From positions 1 to 59,706 of the forward strand of contig CAMOGG010000003.1 of assembly GCA_946614095.1 (NCBI GenBank): a DNA stretch of 59,706 nucleotides. Direction: 5' to 3'. The notes beneath the pieces are model-generated. The model had not been told where the DNA came from. It saw only the letters and a list, made by a program, of their open reading frames with translations, and ran no database searches. Numbering within the stretch: the first letter of the stretch is position 1; every line of letters starts with the position of its first letter. Positions 1 to 8,567 of the stretch are shown piece after piece. Position numbers and translations under genes: made by a program. The DNA is from an uncultured Bacillales bacterium (GTDB lineage Bacteria; Bacillota_I; Bacilli_A; RF39; UBA660).

Positions 1-127
1 TCTTCCTGGTAAATGTTAAAGAATAGGTAAGTCAATGACTTATCTTTTTTAGTATTAAAACAAGTTTGTGTTTAAACTAAATCCATGTTAAAATAAAACT
101 ATAAAATAGGAAAGTAGGAAGAAGCAA

Positions 128-1282
128 ATGAGAAAAAATAAAAAGAAAAATAGTATCATTCTATTAGTATTACTATTACTAGGAATAACTCTAGGATATT
201 CTTTATTATCTAGTAATTTAAATATTAGTAGTACAACAGGACTAAGTAATAATACTTGGAATATTCATTGGAGTAATTTAGCTGTTACAAATGGTAGTGT
301 TACAGGTACACAGGTAACTACACCTGCAGCTATCAAAACAGGAGATACAGAAGTAGAATATTCTATTACACTATCTACTCCAGGAGACTATTATGAGTTT
401 ACCGTAGATGCGGTAAATGAAGGAAGTATTGATGCGATGATCGAATCATTCTCCAATAAAACATATGAGTCAAATGGTACTACAGAAAAAACACTACCAA
501 CATATCTAAACTATTCAGTAACTTATAGTGATGGAATAGCTCTAGCACCAAAACAAAAACTAGCTGCAAATACAACTGAAAAAATAAAGGTAAGAGTAGA
601 ATTCAAAAAAGATATAGAAGCTAACCAACTACCAACAACAGCAGATACTATAGTATTTAAATTTAATGTTACATATGCCCAAGCAGATAACACTGCAGAG
701 GCAGTAAATCATTCAAGAATTGTTTATACAGTAAATAAGTATGATTATAATGTAACAACAACACCAAAATATAATGCAGTATGGTTAAATCAAGCTTTCC
801 CAACAAGTATCACTAAGTATAATACGCCTAGCGAAGCATTAACCGCAATCGCTACAGCATCAAACAAAAACATACCGTTCTACCTAAAACAAAAACTCGA
901 AAACGATGTTGTAACAGAAAGCTATGTTGAATTTGTAGTAACACCAGAGATGGCGGAAGCAAACACAGGAATGATCGCAGGAACATATACTTTAAGAGGG
1001 GAAAAAACATATGATCGTGATACTGATACATTGCTAGTAGGAACCGATTATATTAGTCCATATTATGAAGCAAATAAAGAAGCAATAAAAACAGCATTTG
1101 GCTATTCAACAAATCCATCTCGCTGTAGAGAATATGGTACAGGTCGCTCTTCTGACTTCAGTTGTGGTGTTTCCGGTTTGTACGCTGATGCGTACGCGAG
1201 GGGCATTGTGGATGCGGGTGACGACGATAGTTCGTTCTGCACTGTGTACGACGACGGTTACTCTAGCTGCTATTGGAAGTAG
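128..1282 (+). CDS. Exported SipW-class/TasA-like surface protein with Cys-rich C-terminal variable region; putative DGR target (paralog of 33716-34855)
   Basis: Basic N-terminus, hydrophobic helix and GYSLLSSNLNI..WNIHW; T/N-rich beta domain; the last 46 codons switch to GC-rich usage with no codon ending in A. Confidence 0.75.
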   Translation: MRKNKKKNSIILLVLLLLGITLGYSLLSSNLNISSTTGLSNNTWNIHWSNLAVTNGSVTGTQVTTPAAIKTGDTEVEYSITLSTPGDYYEFTVDAVNEGSIDAMIESFSNKTYESNGTTEKTLPTYLNYSVTYSDGIALAPKQKLAANTTEKIKVRVEFKKDIEANQLPTTADTIVFKFNVTYAQADNTAEAVNHSRIVYTVNKYDYNVTTTPKYNAVWLNQAFPTSITKYNTPSEALTAIATASNKNIPFYLKQKLENDVVTESYVEFVVTPEMAEANTGMIAGTYTLRGEKTYDRDTDTLLVGTDYISPYYEANKEAIKTAFGYSTNPSRCREYGTGRSSDFSCGVSGLYADAYARGIVDAGDDDSSFCTVYDDGYSSCYWK

Positions 1283-1296
1283 TGGTCCGTCCCCAG
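1142..1296 (+). repeat. Putative DGR variable region (VR) plus IMH-like GC-rich tail TGGTCCGTCCCCAG
   Basis: Colinear without indels with the 3' end of 33716-34855; scaffold codons A-free (TGT, GTT, TCC, GGT, TTG, GCG, GTG, TCG, TGC); intervening codons mostly NNY (GAC, TAC, GAT, AGT, TTC, AGC). Confidence 0.7.
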
Positions 1297-1316
1297 CCAT
1301 CTCAAAATCTCTAATC

Positions 1317-1340
1317 CATCATTTTTGATAAAAAATGATG
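1317..1340 (+). other. Perfect 10-bp hairpin CATCATTTTT-GATA-AAAAATGATG; candidate DGR target-recognition hairpin
   Basis: Exact inverted repeat with a 4-nt loop fitting GRNA, 20 bp after the IMH-like motif. Confidence 0.6.
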
Positions 1341-1486
1341 TGTGTCGAGGGCTCTGCCCGAGCTTGTGTCGAACGAGCATTGCGAAGTGTAGCCACAGGG
1401 AAAATTGTAAAATAGAAAATAGTCATAACTATGGTTATGGCTCTTTTTGTTATAGTTTTAAATTGTAAAATTTATATCAAAAAAGC

Positions 1487-1498
1487 AAACAAATGTTC
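1487..1498. promoter_or_regulatory. Putative LexA (SOS) box AAAC-AAAT-GTTC
   Basis: One mismatch to the Firmicute GAAC-N4-GTTC consensus; in the promoter region of a Y-family polymerase gene. Confidence 0.5.
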
Positions 1499-1547
1499 TA
1501 AAAAATAAAATTTTATGTTACAATAGTGTTGCAAGGAAGGGATAGAG

Positions 1548-3044
1548 ATGGAAAGGATATATGCTTGTATTGATTTAAAAAGTTTTTATGCATCGGTAGA
1601 GTGTAGAGAAAGAAATTTAGATCCTATCACAACCAATCTAGTAGTAGCTGATAGTACAAGAACAGAAAAGACAATATGCCTTGCCGTAACTCCATCTCTA
1701 AAACAATATGGATTATCAGGAAGAAGTAGATTATTTGAAGTAGTTCAAAAAGTAAAAGAAATAAATCAAGAAAGAAAAAAAATGATTCAAAAAGAATTTA
1801 AAAAGAAGTCTTATAATGATAGAGAAATACAATTAAATCCAGAAGTAGAATTATCCTATATTATTGCTCCTCCTAGAATGAAATTATATATGGAATATAG
1901 TACTAAGATTTATCAAATTTATTTACAGTTTTTATCAAAAGAAGATATCTATGTTTATTCCATTGATGAAGTATTTTGCGAACTAACACATTACTTAAAA
2001 CTATATCATCTTACTCCAAAAGAATTAATTACAAAAATGATAAGAGAAGTTTATGAAGAAACAGGAATTACCGCAACAGCAGGCATAGGTACCAATCTTT
2101 ACTTAGCAAAAGTTGCCATGGACATTTTAGGAAAACATGAACCTGCTAATGAACAAGGGGTAAGAATTGCAGAATTAACAGAGAAAACATATCGGACAAG
2201 ATTATGGAATCATACACCAATTACAGATTTTTGGAGAATAGGACCAGGAATTGCGAAAAGACTAGAATCAAAAAAACTTTATACGATGGGAGATATTGCC
2301 AAATATTCTCTAGAACACGAGAAAGAATTGTTCAAATTATTTGGAGTAAATGCAGAATTAGTAATTGATCATGCTTGGGGGTGGGAGCCATGCACTTTAG
2401 AAGAAATTAAAAATTATAAGCCATCTACAACGTCTCTTTCAACAGGACAAGTCTTACAATGTCCATATGATTATAGGGGAACAAAAGTTATTGTAGAAGA
2501 AATGTTAGAATTACTAGTATTAGATATGGTAGAAAAAGAGTATAAGACGAATCAAATTGTAATGACGATTGGTTATGATAAAAGTAACTTAGAAGGACAG
2601 GAAAAAAATACCTATCGAGGAGATGTCACGATTGATCATTATGGAAGAGCAGTACCAAAACATGCTCATGGAACGATTCGAATCGATCATCAAACATCAT
2701 CTACTAAGATTATCAAAGAAAAGGGATTAGAACTATTTGAAAGAATAATCAATAAAAATCTTTTAACAAGAAGAATTAATATAGCAGTATGTAATTTAGA
2801 TAGCAATGATTCCAAACGTGAAGAAACAGAGTACAAGCAACTAGACTTATTTACCAATCAAGAAGAATGGGATAAAAAGAAAATAGAGGAGAGAAGAAAA
2901 GAAAAAGAGGAAGAAAAGCTTCAAAAAACAATTATAAATTTAAAATACAAATATGGGAAAAATGCTATGTTAATTGGAACAAATCTAAAAGAAAAAGCAA
3001 CCACAATTGAAAGAAATAATCAAATAGGAGGACATAAAGCATGA
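1548..3044 (+). CDS. Y-family error-prone DNA polymerase (UmuC/ImpB/UvrX-like)
   Basis: CIDLKSFYASVE, YSIDE, TAGIGTNLYLAKVA and HhH FWRIGPG motifs. Confidence 0.92.
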   Translation: MERIYACIDLKSFYASVECRERNLDPITTNLVVADSTRTEKTICLAVTPSLKQYGLSGRSRLFEVVQKVKEINQERKKMIQKEFKKKSYNDREIQLNPEVELSYIIAPPRMKLYMEYSTKIYQIYLQFLSKEDIYVYSIDEVFCELTHYLKLYHLTPKELITKMIREVYEETGITATAGIGTNLYLAKVAMDILGKHEPANEQGVRIAELTEKTYRTRLWNHTPITDFWRIGPGIAKRLESKKLYTMGDIAKYSLEHEKELFKLFGVNAELVIDHAWGWEPCTLEEIKNYKPSTTSLSTGQVLQCPYDYRGTKVIVEEMLELLVLDMVEKEYKTNQIVMTIGYDKSNLEGQEKNTYRGDVTIDHYGRAVPKHAHGTIRIDHQTSSTKIIKEKGLELFERIINKNLLTRRINIAVCNLDSNDSKREETEYKQLDLFTNQEEWDKKKIEERRKEKEEEKLQKTIINLKYKYGKNAMLIGTNLKEKATTIERNNQIGGHKA

Positions 3045-3451
3045 TAGAATATCAAGATATTTTAAATAGTTATCATTATGAATTACGATATCATCCAAGA
3101 ATGAGTAATCAAAATAGGGCTGCCCAATTTGCTCCTTTTGCAGCACTAACAGGATATGAAGAAGCGGTAAAAGAAACAGCAAGAACAACAACAGAAGAAA
3201 GGATTCTCACAGAAGATGAGTTAGAACAATTAAATTATCAACTCCAGGAAATTGAAAAAGACCTAGAAAATAATCCTAAGATAAAAATAACCTATTTTGA
3301 AAAAGACAAAAGAAAAAAAGGAGGAAAATATTTAGAGTATACTGGAGAAGTAAAGAAAATAGATCTTCTAAAAAAAGAAATGATATTTTTTTCGAATAAA
3401 AAGATATCTATCAAAAATATAATAAAAATAGAAAACATAAAACCAATATAA
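3041..3451 (+). CDS. YolD-like protein (accessory to Y-family polymerase)
   Basis: RMS..RAAQFAPFAALTG motif; ATGA overlap with the polymerase stop. Confidence 0.85.
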   Translation: MIEYQDILNSYHYELRYHPRMSNQNRAAQFAPFAALTGYEEAVKETARTTTEERILTEDELEQLNYQLQEIEKDLENNPKIKITYFEKDKRKKGGKYLEYTGEVKKIDLLKKEMIFFSNKKISIKNIIKIENIKPI

Positions 3452-3498
3452 ATTAAAATAGTTTTATGATATAATGAAGACAAATAAATCTAAGGAGA

Positions 3499-4923
3499 GT
3501 GTATATGGCCGAAAAAGAAATAAAAGTAGTAGATACAAATAACAAGGGAGAACATGGTGAAAACAGATGCCCAAAATGTGGAGCAAGTGATGTAACGTAT
3601 AATATTAAGAAAGGAAAACTAATTTGTAATTATTGTTATACAGAGTTTGAGGCGAAAGAAGTAGAAGGAATTGAAAAAGAAGCCAAAAACTTAAAAGGAG
3701 AAACTCGTGGAAGTGGAACTAAGGATATCTCAAAAGAGAGTAATGACATGATTACGCTGAAATGTGGAGGATGTGGAGCAGAAGTTGTCATTAATACAGC
3801 AGAAGCAACCAATGCTAGATGTCACTGGTGTAGAAGTATATTATCCATAAATTCTCAAATAGAAAATGGCGCAATTCCAGATGTTGTACTACCATTTAAA
3901 ATAGATAAAGAAACTGCGAGAAAAAATATTGAATCGTTCGTAGAAAAAAGAAAGTTTTATGCCAATTCCATATTTAGAAAAGAATTCACAACCAATAATA
4001 TTATGGGAGTATATTTTCCGTATATGTTAGTGGATGCTAATGGTCATGGAAGCTTTTCTGGGCAAGGTGGACACGTCGCAAGAACATATGAAATTACAAC
4101 AGGAAAAGACTCTGAAGGAAAAGATAAAAAAGAAACCGTATATGACATCGATATTTATGAAGTAGAAAGAGATTTTGATATTGCGATTGATGACTTGTCA
4201 ATTGAATCATCAAAAGATAAATTAAATAAAAATAGTAAAGATAAAACAACCAATGTCATCAACGCCATTATGCCATTTGATACAGAAAACTGTATTCAAT
4301 ATGAATCAAATTATCTAGCAGGATATACATCAGAAAAAAGAGATGTAAATATTAGTACGATAGAAGAAAAAGTAGATGATGAGTTAAAAGATATTGCAAG
4401 ACATGCACTGAATGAAGAAATAAAATACTATAATAGTGGCGTTAAATGGGAAAAAGAAGAATTAAACATCAAAGGAAAACAATGGATATCAGCTTACTTA
4501 CCAGTGTGGTTATACTCATATCAAGACACAAAAAAAGTCCTTCACTATGTCGCAGTCAATGCAAGAACTGGAGAGACGATGGGGAGTATTCCTATGAATA
4601 AAACAAAACTGGCTTTATTATCTCTTCTAATATTTTTAGTATTCCTATTATTACCATTTTTATTAAAAGCATCTAATGGAATAACAATCATTAGTATAAT
4701 CATTGGTCTTATTACATCACTTATCTATTATAGTAGTAAAAATTCAAAATATCGAAATGCTGGTGCTAGACATCGTTATGAAAAAGAAACAAAAGTAGAA
4801 TTAACAAATATGAAAAAGAAAGATAATAAGATTAGAACAAAAAGAGAATCTCGTACAAGAAATTTATCAGGTGCCAACAACAACAAACTAGTAGGGGAAT
4901 CCACAAAAATAAAAGATGAATAA
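3499..4923 (+). CDS. Double zinc-ribbon membrane protein (TFIIB-type zinc ribbon family)
   Basis: CPKC..CNYC and CGGC..CHWC; YLPVW; VNARTGE; two C-terminal TM helices. Confidence 0.75.
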   Translation: MYMAEKEIKVVDTNNKGEHGENRCPKCGASDVTYNIKKGKLICNYCYTEFEAKEVEGIEKEAKNLKGETRGSGTKDISKESNDMITLKCGGCGAEVVINTAEATNARCHWCRSILSINSQIENGAIPDVVLPFKIDKETARKNIESFVEKRKFYANSIFRKEFTTNNIMGVYFPYMLVDANGHGSFSGQGGHVARTYEITTGKDSEGKDKKETVYDIDIYEVERDFDIAIDDLSIESSKDKLNKNSKDKTTNVINAIMPFDTENCIQYESNYLAGYTSEKRDVNISTIEEKVDDELKDIARHALNEEIKYYNSGVKWEKEELNIKGKQWISAYLPVWLYSYQDTKKVLHYVAVNARTGETMGSIPMNKTKLALLSLLIFLVFLLLPFLLKASNGITIISIIIGLITSLIYYSSKNSKYRNAGARHRYEKETKVELTNMKKKDNKIRTKRESRTRNLSGANNNKLVGESTKIKDE

Positions 4924-4953
4924 AAAATATCCACAGTAATTTGTGGATATTTT
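4924..4953. repeat. Conserved intergenic palindrome copy 1 (AAAATATCCACA-N6-TGTGGATATTTT); bidirectional terminator-like
   Basis: 12-bp arms between convergent genes; five related copies nearby. Confidence 0.8.
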
Positions 4954-5911
4954 ATTTTTGAATCATATGACTATCATAAAATAAAGGATAAATCTGATAA
5001 CCATTCTCTTGCAAATAAGTAATAGCACTAGGAAGAATTTCAGTAGTAATACGATTATAGTCATGGAATAAGATAACTTCAATATTATCATTGATAGAAG
5101 AGGTGAATTTATTCCATCCTTCATCCCAAGAAGCAATTCCTTTTCCATCTCCATCTTCTGCAGTCCAATCAACCCATCCATAACCTCTTTCACGAAGCTT
5201 ATCTATAATAGGACCTTTTAAATCTTTTGATTGAGCACTACCACCAGGAAATCTTAATATATTTGTAATGTATCCTCCTGTTTGATTCTTAATATGTTCT
5301 TCTTGCCTTACAACAGCATCCATAAATGAATCAACACTACTATATAACCCGCCACGAATAGCATGAGTATAAGTATGATTCGCAATTGTATGACCTCTCT
5401 TTACATATTCTTTGTAAAGAGAAAAACAATTCTCACTTTTATTATCAAAACAGTATTCCCCATTCATAGAAATTGTAAAGAACGTTGCTTTCACATGATA
5501 CTGATCTAAAATATCTAATACCTTATAAGTGTTAAAGTAAGGACCATCATCAAATGTAAGATAAGCAATTTTCTTATTACTTTTACCAGCTAATATTTCA
5601 TCTTCTAATGCTTTAATATTTTGAAAATATTTACTCTTAATAGATTCAATACTTTTATCAATATCTTCTACTGACGTAATATCATGTATTTGATTCATTT
5701 CTTTTTTTTGATTATAGTATTGACTTAAAGTCTTTTTATATTTTATTTCAAGAAGAGAGTATTTTTTATCAAGCTCTTTTATCTGATACAAAAGAAATAT
5801 ACCACCAAAAAAGAAGAATAGAATAAGTAGTATGAATAATCCTTCTAACACAAGAAACTTTTTCTGACTTAAGAATTTGCTTTTTCTTCTTTTTGTAACT
5901 CTTCTTCCCAT
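4952..5911 (-). CDS. Membrane-anchored polysaccharide/peptidoglycan deacetylase (CE4/NodB)
   Basis: YLTFDDGP, HTIANHTYTH, RFPGG, ILFHD motifs; N-terminal TM and coiled coil. Confidence 0.92.
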   Translation of the reverse strand: MGRRVTKRRKSKFLSQKKFLVLEGLFILLILFFFFGGIFLLYQIKELDKKYSLLEIKYKKTLSQYYNQKKEMNQIHDITSVEDIDKSIESIKSKYFQNIKALEDEILAGKSNKKIAYLTFDDGPYFNTYKVLDILDQYHVKATFFTISMNGEYCFDNKSENCFSLYKEYVKRGHTIANHTYTHAIRGGLYSSVDSFMDAVVRQEEHIKNQTGGYITNILRFPGGSAQSKDLKGPIIDKLRERGYGWVDWTAEDGDGKGIASWDEGWNKFTSSINDNIEVILFHDYNRITTEILPSAITYLQENGYQIYPLFYDSHMIQK

Positions 5912-6141
5912 ACCTCTAAAATACCCATCTTTTCTGGATTGTTCTTCTTTACTTCTTCTCTTTTTTTCTCATTTTCATTCTTCTTTTTCTCTAAAGTTTG
6001 AATCTTTCCTTCAATTTTATGAATTTCTTTCTCCTTTTTTTGAATTTTATCATAAGAAATATATCGAAATAAGATGACACTAAAAAAAGTTATAGAAATA
6101 ATTCCTATTAAAAATGATATTATCAAAATACTTCTCTTCAC
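5869..6141 (-). CDS. Small membrane-anchored coiled-coil protein
   Basis: TM helix followed by charged coil; RBS-like GGTGAGA upstream; overlaps the deacetylase start. Confidence 0.55.
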   Translation of the reverse strand: MKRSILIISFLIGIISITFFSVILFRYISYDKIQKKEKEIHKIEGKIQTLEKKKNENEKKREEVKKNNPEKMGILEVWEEELQKEEKANS

Positions 6142-6227
6142 ACTCTCACCAACTTATAAATTTATTGTAATAAAAAAGAAAAACTTCGTCAATAAAAAAA
6201 ATATGATACAATATAATTGGTGAGGGT

Positions 6228-6866
6228 ATGAAAAAGGAGTATCTAAATTTTCTAAAAGAAAATAAGTTAAGCAATAAGCAAATGATTTTTATTATAGCTT
6301 CTATTATAACTGTATCAGGAATATTTGGCTGGTTATATGAATTCTTTTTTTATTACTTGAATAGTGGTTTTAAGACTTTTTATATGAGAGGAGGAAACTT
6401 CCTACCATGGATTAATATTTATGCTTATGGTGCTTTTCTAATTATTCTATTAACCTATAAAAGAAAAAAGAATCCTTGGCAAGTATTTTTAATCAGTGCC
6501 ATATCAACAGGAATATTAGAATATCTATCAGGTTATATCTTATATGAAAAATTAGGTTGGATGAGGTGTTGGAGTTATAATGAAGAAATATTAAACTTTG
6601 GAAATATTGGAGGTTTTGTTTGCCTGCGTAGCGTAGTAGTATTTGGAATAAGTGCCTTACTATTAATCTATGGAATTCTACCGGTTTTAATAAAACTATC
6701 CAAAGAAAAAGATTTAAAAATATTTCTTCCAATTAGTATTATACTTTGTAGCATATTCTTATTAGATGAAATATACAATTTACTATTCACAGCACTTTTT
6801 CATCTTCCAAGAGCAAGCACCATCTATAAACAACTTGGTTTTCACTACATTTACTTTACAAGATAA
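6228..6866 (+). CDS. Putative ABC-transporter permease-like membrane protein (CmpB-type)
   Basis: GWLYE, PWINIYAYG, LEYLSG, WSY..NFGNIGGFVCL; multiple TMs. Confidence 0.75.
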   Translation: MKKEYLNFLKENKLSNKQMIFIIASIITVSGIFGWLYEFFFYYLNSGFKTFYMRGGNFLPWINIYAYGAFLIILLTYKRKKNPWQVFLISAISTGILEYLSGYILYEKLGWMRCWSYNEEILNFGNIGGFVCLRSVVVFGISALLLIYGILPVLIKLSKEKDLKIFLPISIILCSIFLLDEIYNLLFTALFHLPRASTIYKQLGFHYIYFTR

Positions 6867-6896
6867 AAGATATCCACAAAAAACAGTGGATTTTTA
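6867..6896. repeat. Intergenic palindrome copy 2 (ATATCCAC-N8-GTGGAT)
   Basis: Immediately after a stop codon. Confidence 0.75.
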
Positions 6897-7024
6897 TTGT
6901 CAAAAAGAAAAATATTTGATACAATTCAACTACGGGAATTTCCCGGAATAATTAATAAATTGTTATAAAAGTCCAAATAGTAGGGATGATTGTACCCTAA
7001 TGAGGTTGGAAAAAGGAGGACTAT

Positions 7025-7390
7025 ATGGACAATTTATTAAATTATTTAAATCAACATAAATCAAAAGATTTTAATGAGTTACTTTTTTTATACATCGACA
7101 GATGTGGAAAAAAAGATTCAGAGATTTACAAAAAAGCAGATATTGATAGAAAATTATTTTCAAAAATACGTTGTAATAATTCCTATATACCAAGAAAGAA
7201 AGTCATCATGAAATTAGGAATATCACTACAACTTGGAAAAGAAGATTTCTTGAAGTTATTACAAAGTGCAGGATACTCTCTAGCCAGTAATAATCAAGAT
7301 CTAATCGTTTCCTACTGTATAGAGAATAAGATATATGACTTAGATCAAGTCAATAACTATCTATATACACACTGCCATACTGTTTTATAA
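7025..7390 (+). CDS. XRE-like HTH transcriptional regulator
   Basis: DSEIYKKADIDRKLFSKIR..LLQSAGYSL, typical of stand-alone or macrodomain-associated HTH. Confidence 0.7.
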   Translation: MDNLLNYLNQHKSKDFNELLFLYIDRCGKKDSEIYKKADIDRKLFSKIRCNNSYIPRKKVIMKLGISLQLGKEDFLKLLQSAGYSLASNNQDLIVSYCIENKIYDLDQVNNYLYTHCHTVL

Positions 7391-7404
7391 CAGTATTTTT
7401 TTTT

Positions 7405-7421
7405 GTCGCTTTTTTCGCGAC
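7405..7421. promoter_or_regulatory. Putative operator GTCGC-N7-GCGAC
   Basis: GC-rich dyad in an AT-rich spacer between the HTH gene and the next promoter. Confidence 0.5.
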
Positions 7422-7463
7422 CAGTTAAATGCTAAAAGAAGATATACTGAATAACGAAAAGGA

Positions 7464-7973
7464 GTGATAAATATGAAAACAAATATTCAAGCACTAATGA
7501 ACAAAATAGCAGAAGAAGAAAAAACACTACTTGATATTACAACAAGCATGAAAGGACATGTTATTAACACAACGATAGAAGAATTAGATGGTAAAAAGAA
7601 TGTAACAGAAGATTACAAAAAGGAATATAAAGAGGAAGAAGTGAAATTAGAAAAATTAACAAAAGAAATAATTAATTTAAAAAAAACACTTCATCAAAAG
7701 AATAATGAATTTACTTTAAAAGACGGAAGAACTATTCAAGAAGCCATCGTTGAAAATACCTATTTAAGAAGATTAAAACAGGTATATGAATCTTTCAGTA
7801 ACTATAAAAGTAGAAAATCAAGAATATCTGAATATCATGATGCCTACTTTGAATGTCGAGAAATCAATTTCGACAAAGAGAAAGTAAAAAAAAGAATAAA
7901 AGAATTAGAAAGAATTATTGAAGAAACAGATTTTGAAATAACAAAATGTAACTCTCTTGAATTTGAAATCTAA
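7464..7973 (+). CDS. Coiled-coil protein, DIP1984-like
   Basis: All-helical; TIQEAI; ends I...N...FEI as in that family. Confidence 0.45.
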   Translation: MINMKTNIQALMNKIAEEEKTLLDITTSMKGHVINTTIEELDGKKNVTEDYKKEYKEEEVKLEKLTKEIINLKKTLHQKNNEFTLKDGRTIQEAIVENTYLRRLKQVYESFSNYKSRKSRISEYHDAYFECREINFDKEKVKKRIKELERIIEETDFEITKCNSLEFEI

Positions 7974-8227
7974 TAAATTGGTCATACAAAGTTACTTAGT
8001 ATGTTAAATTAGGAAGAAGAACTAAGCCATAGTATTTTCTATCTCTTCAGGTGTGTAAATAGAGAATGAACAAAGAACAAGTAATAATTACAATTCATAA
8101 GAAGTATAATTAAAAATGGTTAGAAAAAGAATAGATATAATTAATTTTTTGGAAGAATAGAAAATACGGAAAAATAGATCAAGCTCTTGATCTATTTTTT
8201 TGTTATAATAAACAAAAAGGAGGAATT

Positions 8228-8542
8228 ATGAAAGAATTAACAAAGAAGATTAGACAATTTGCCATTGATAGAGATTGGCTACAATTTAATACTCCAGAAA
8301 ATCTAGCAAAATCTATCGCGATAGAAGCAGGAGAACTATTAGAGTGTTTTCAATGGGATAATAATTATGATACAGATGAATTAAAATATGAAATAGCAGA
8401 TGTTATGAACTATTGTATATTATTATGTTCACAAATAGGAGTAGATCCAAAAGAAATCATTTTAGAAAAACTAAAGATTTCAGAAAAAAAATATCCAATT
8501 GAAAAGTCAAAAGGAAAAAGTACGAAGTATAATAAATTATAA
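8228..8542 (+). CDS. MazG-like nucleotide pyrophosphohydrolase
   Basis: RDWLQFNTPENLAKSIAIEAGELLECFQW; EIADV; KKYP. Confidence 0.9.
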   Translation: MKELTKKIRQFAIDRDWLQFNTPENLAKSIAIEAGELLECFQWDNNYDTDELKYEIADVMNYCILLCSQIGVDPKEIILEKLKISEKKYPIEKSKGKSTKYNKL

Positions 8543-8567
8543 AATATCCACAAAATATGTGGATATT
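8543..8567. repeat. Intergenic palindrome copy 3 (AATATCCACA-N5-TGTGGATATT)
   Basis: Between convergent genes. Confidence 0.8.

Noticed and set aside
1098-1328. Alternative ORFs 1098-1328(+) and 1106-1300(-)
   Set aside because: By-products of the A-poor VR, which lacks stop codons; no RBS or recognisable protein
5869-5911. Frameshifted single gene at the 43-bp overlap
   Set aside because: Each ORF has its own N-terminal TM, and the downstream one has a plausible RBS (AGAGGT) and start
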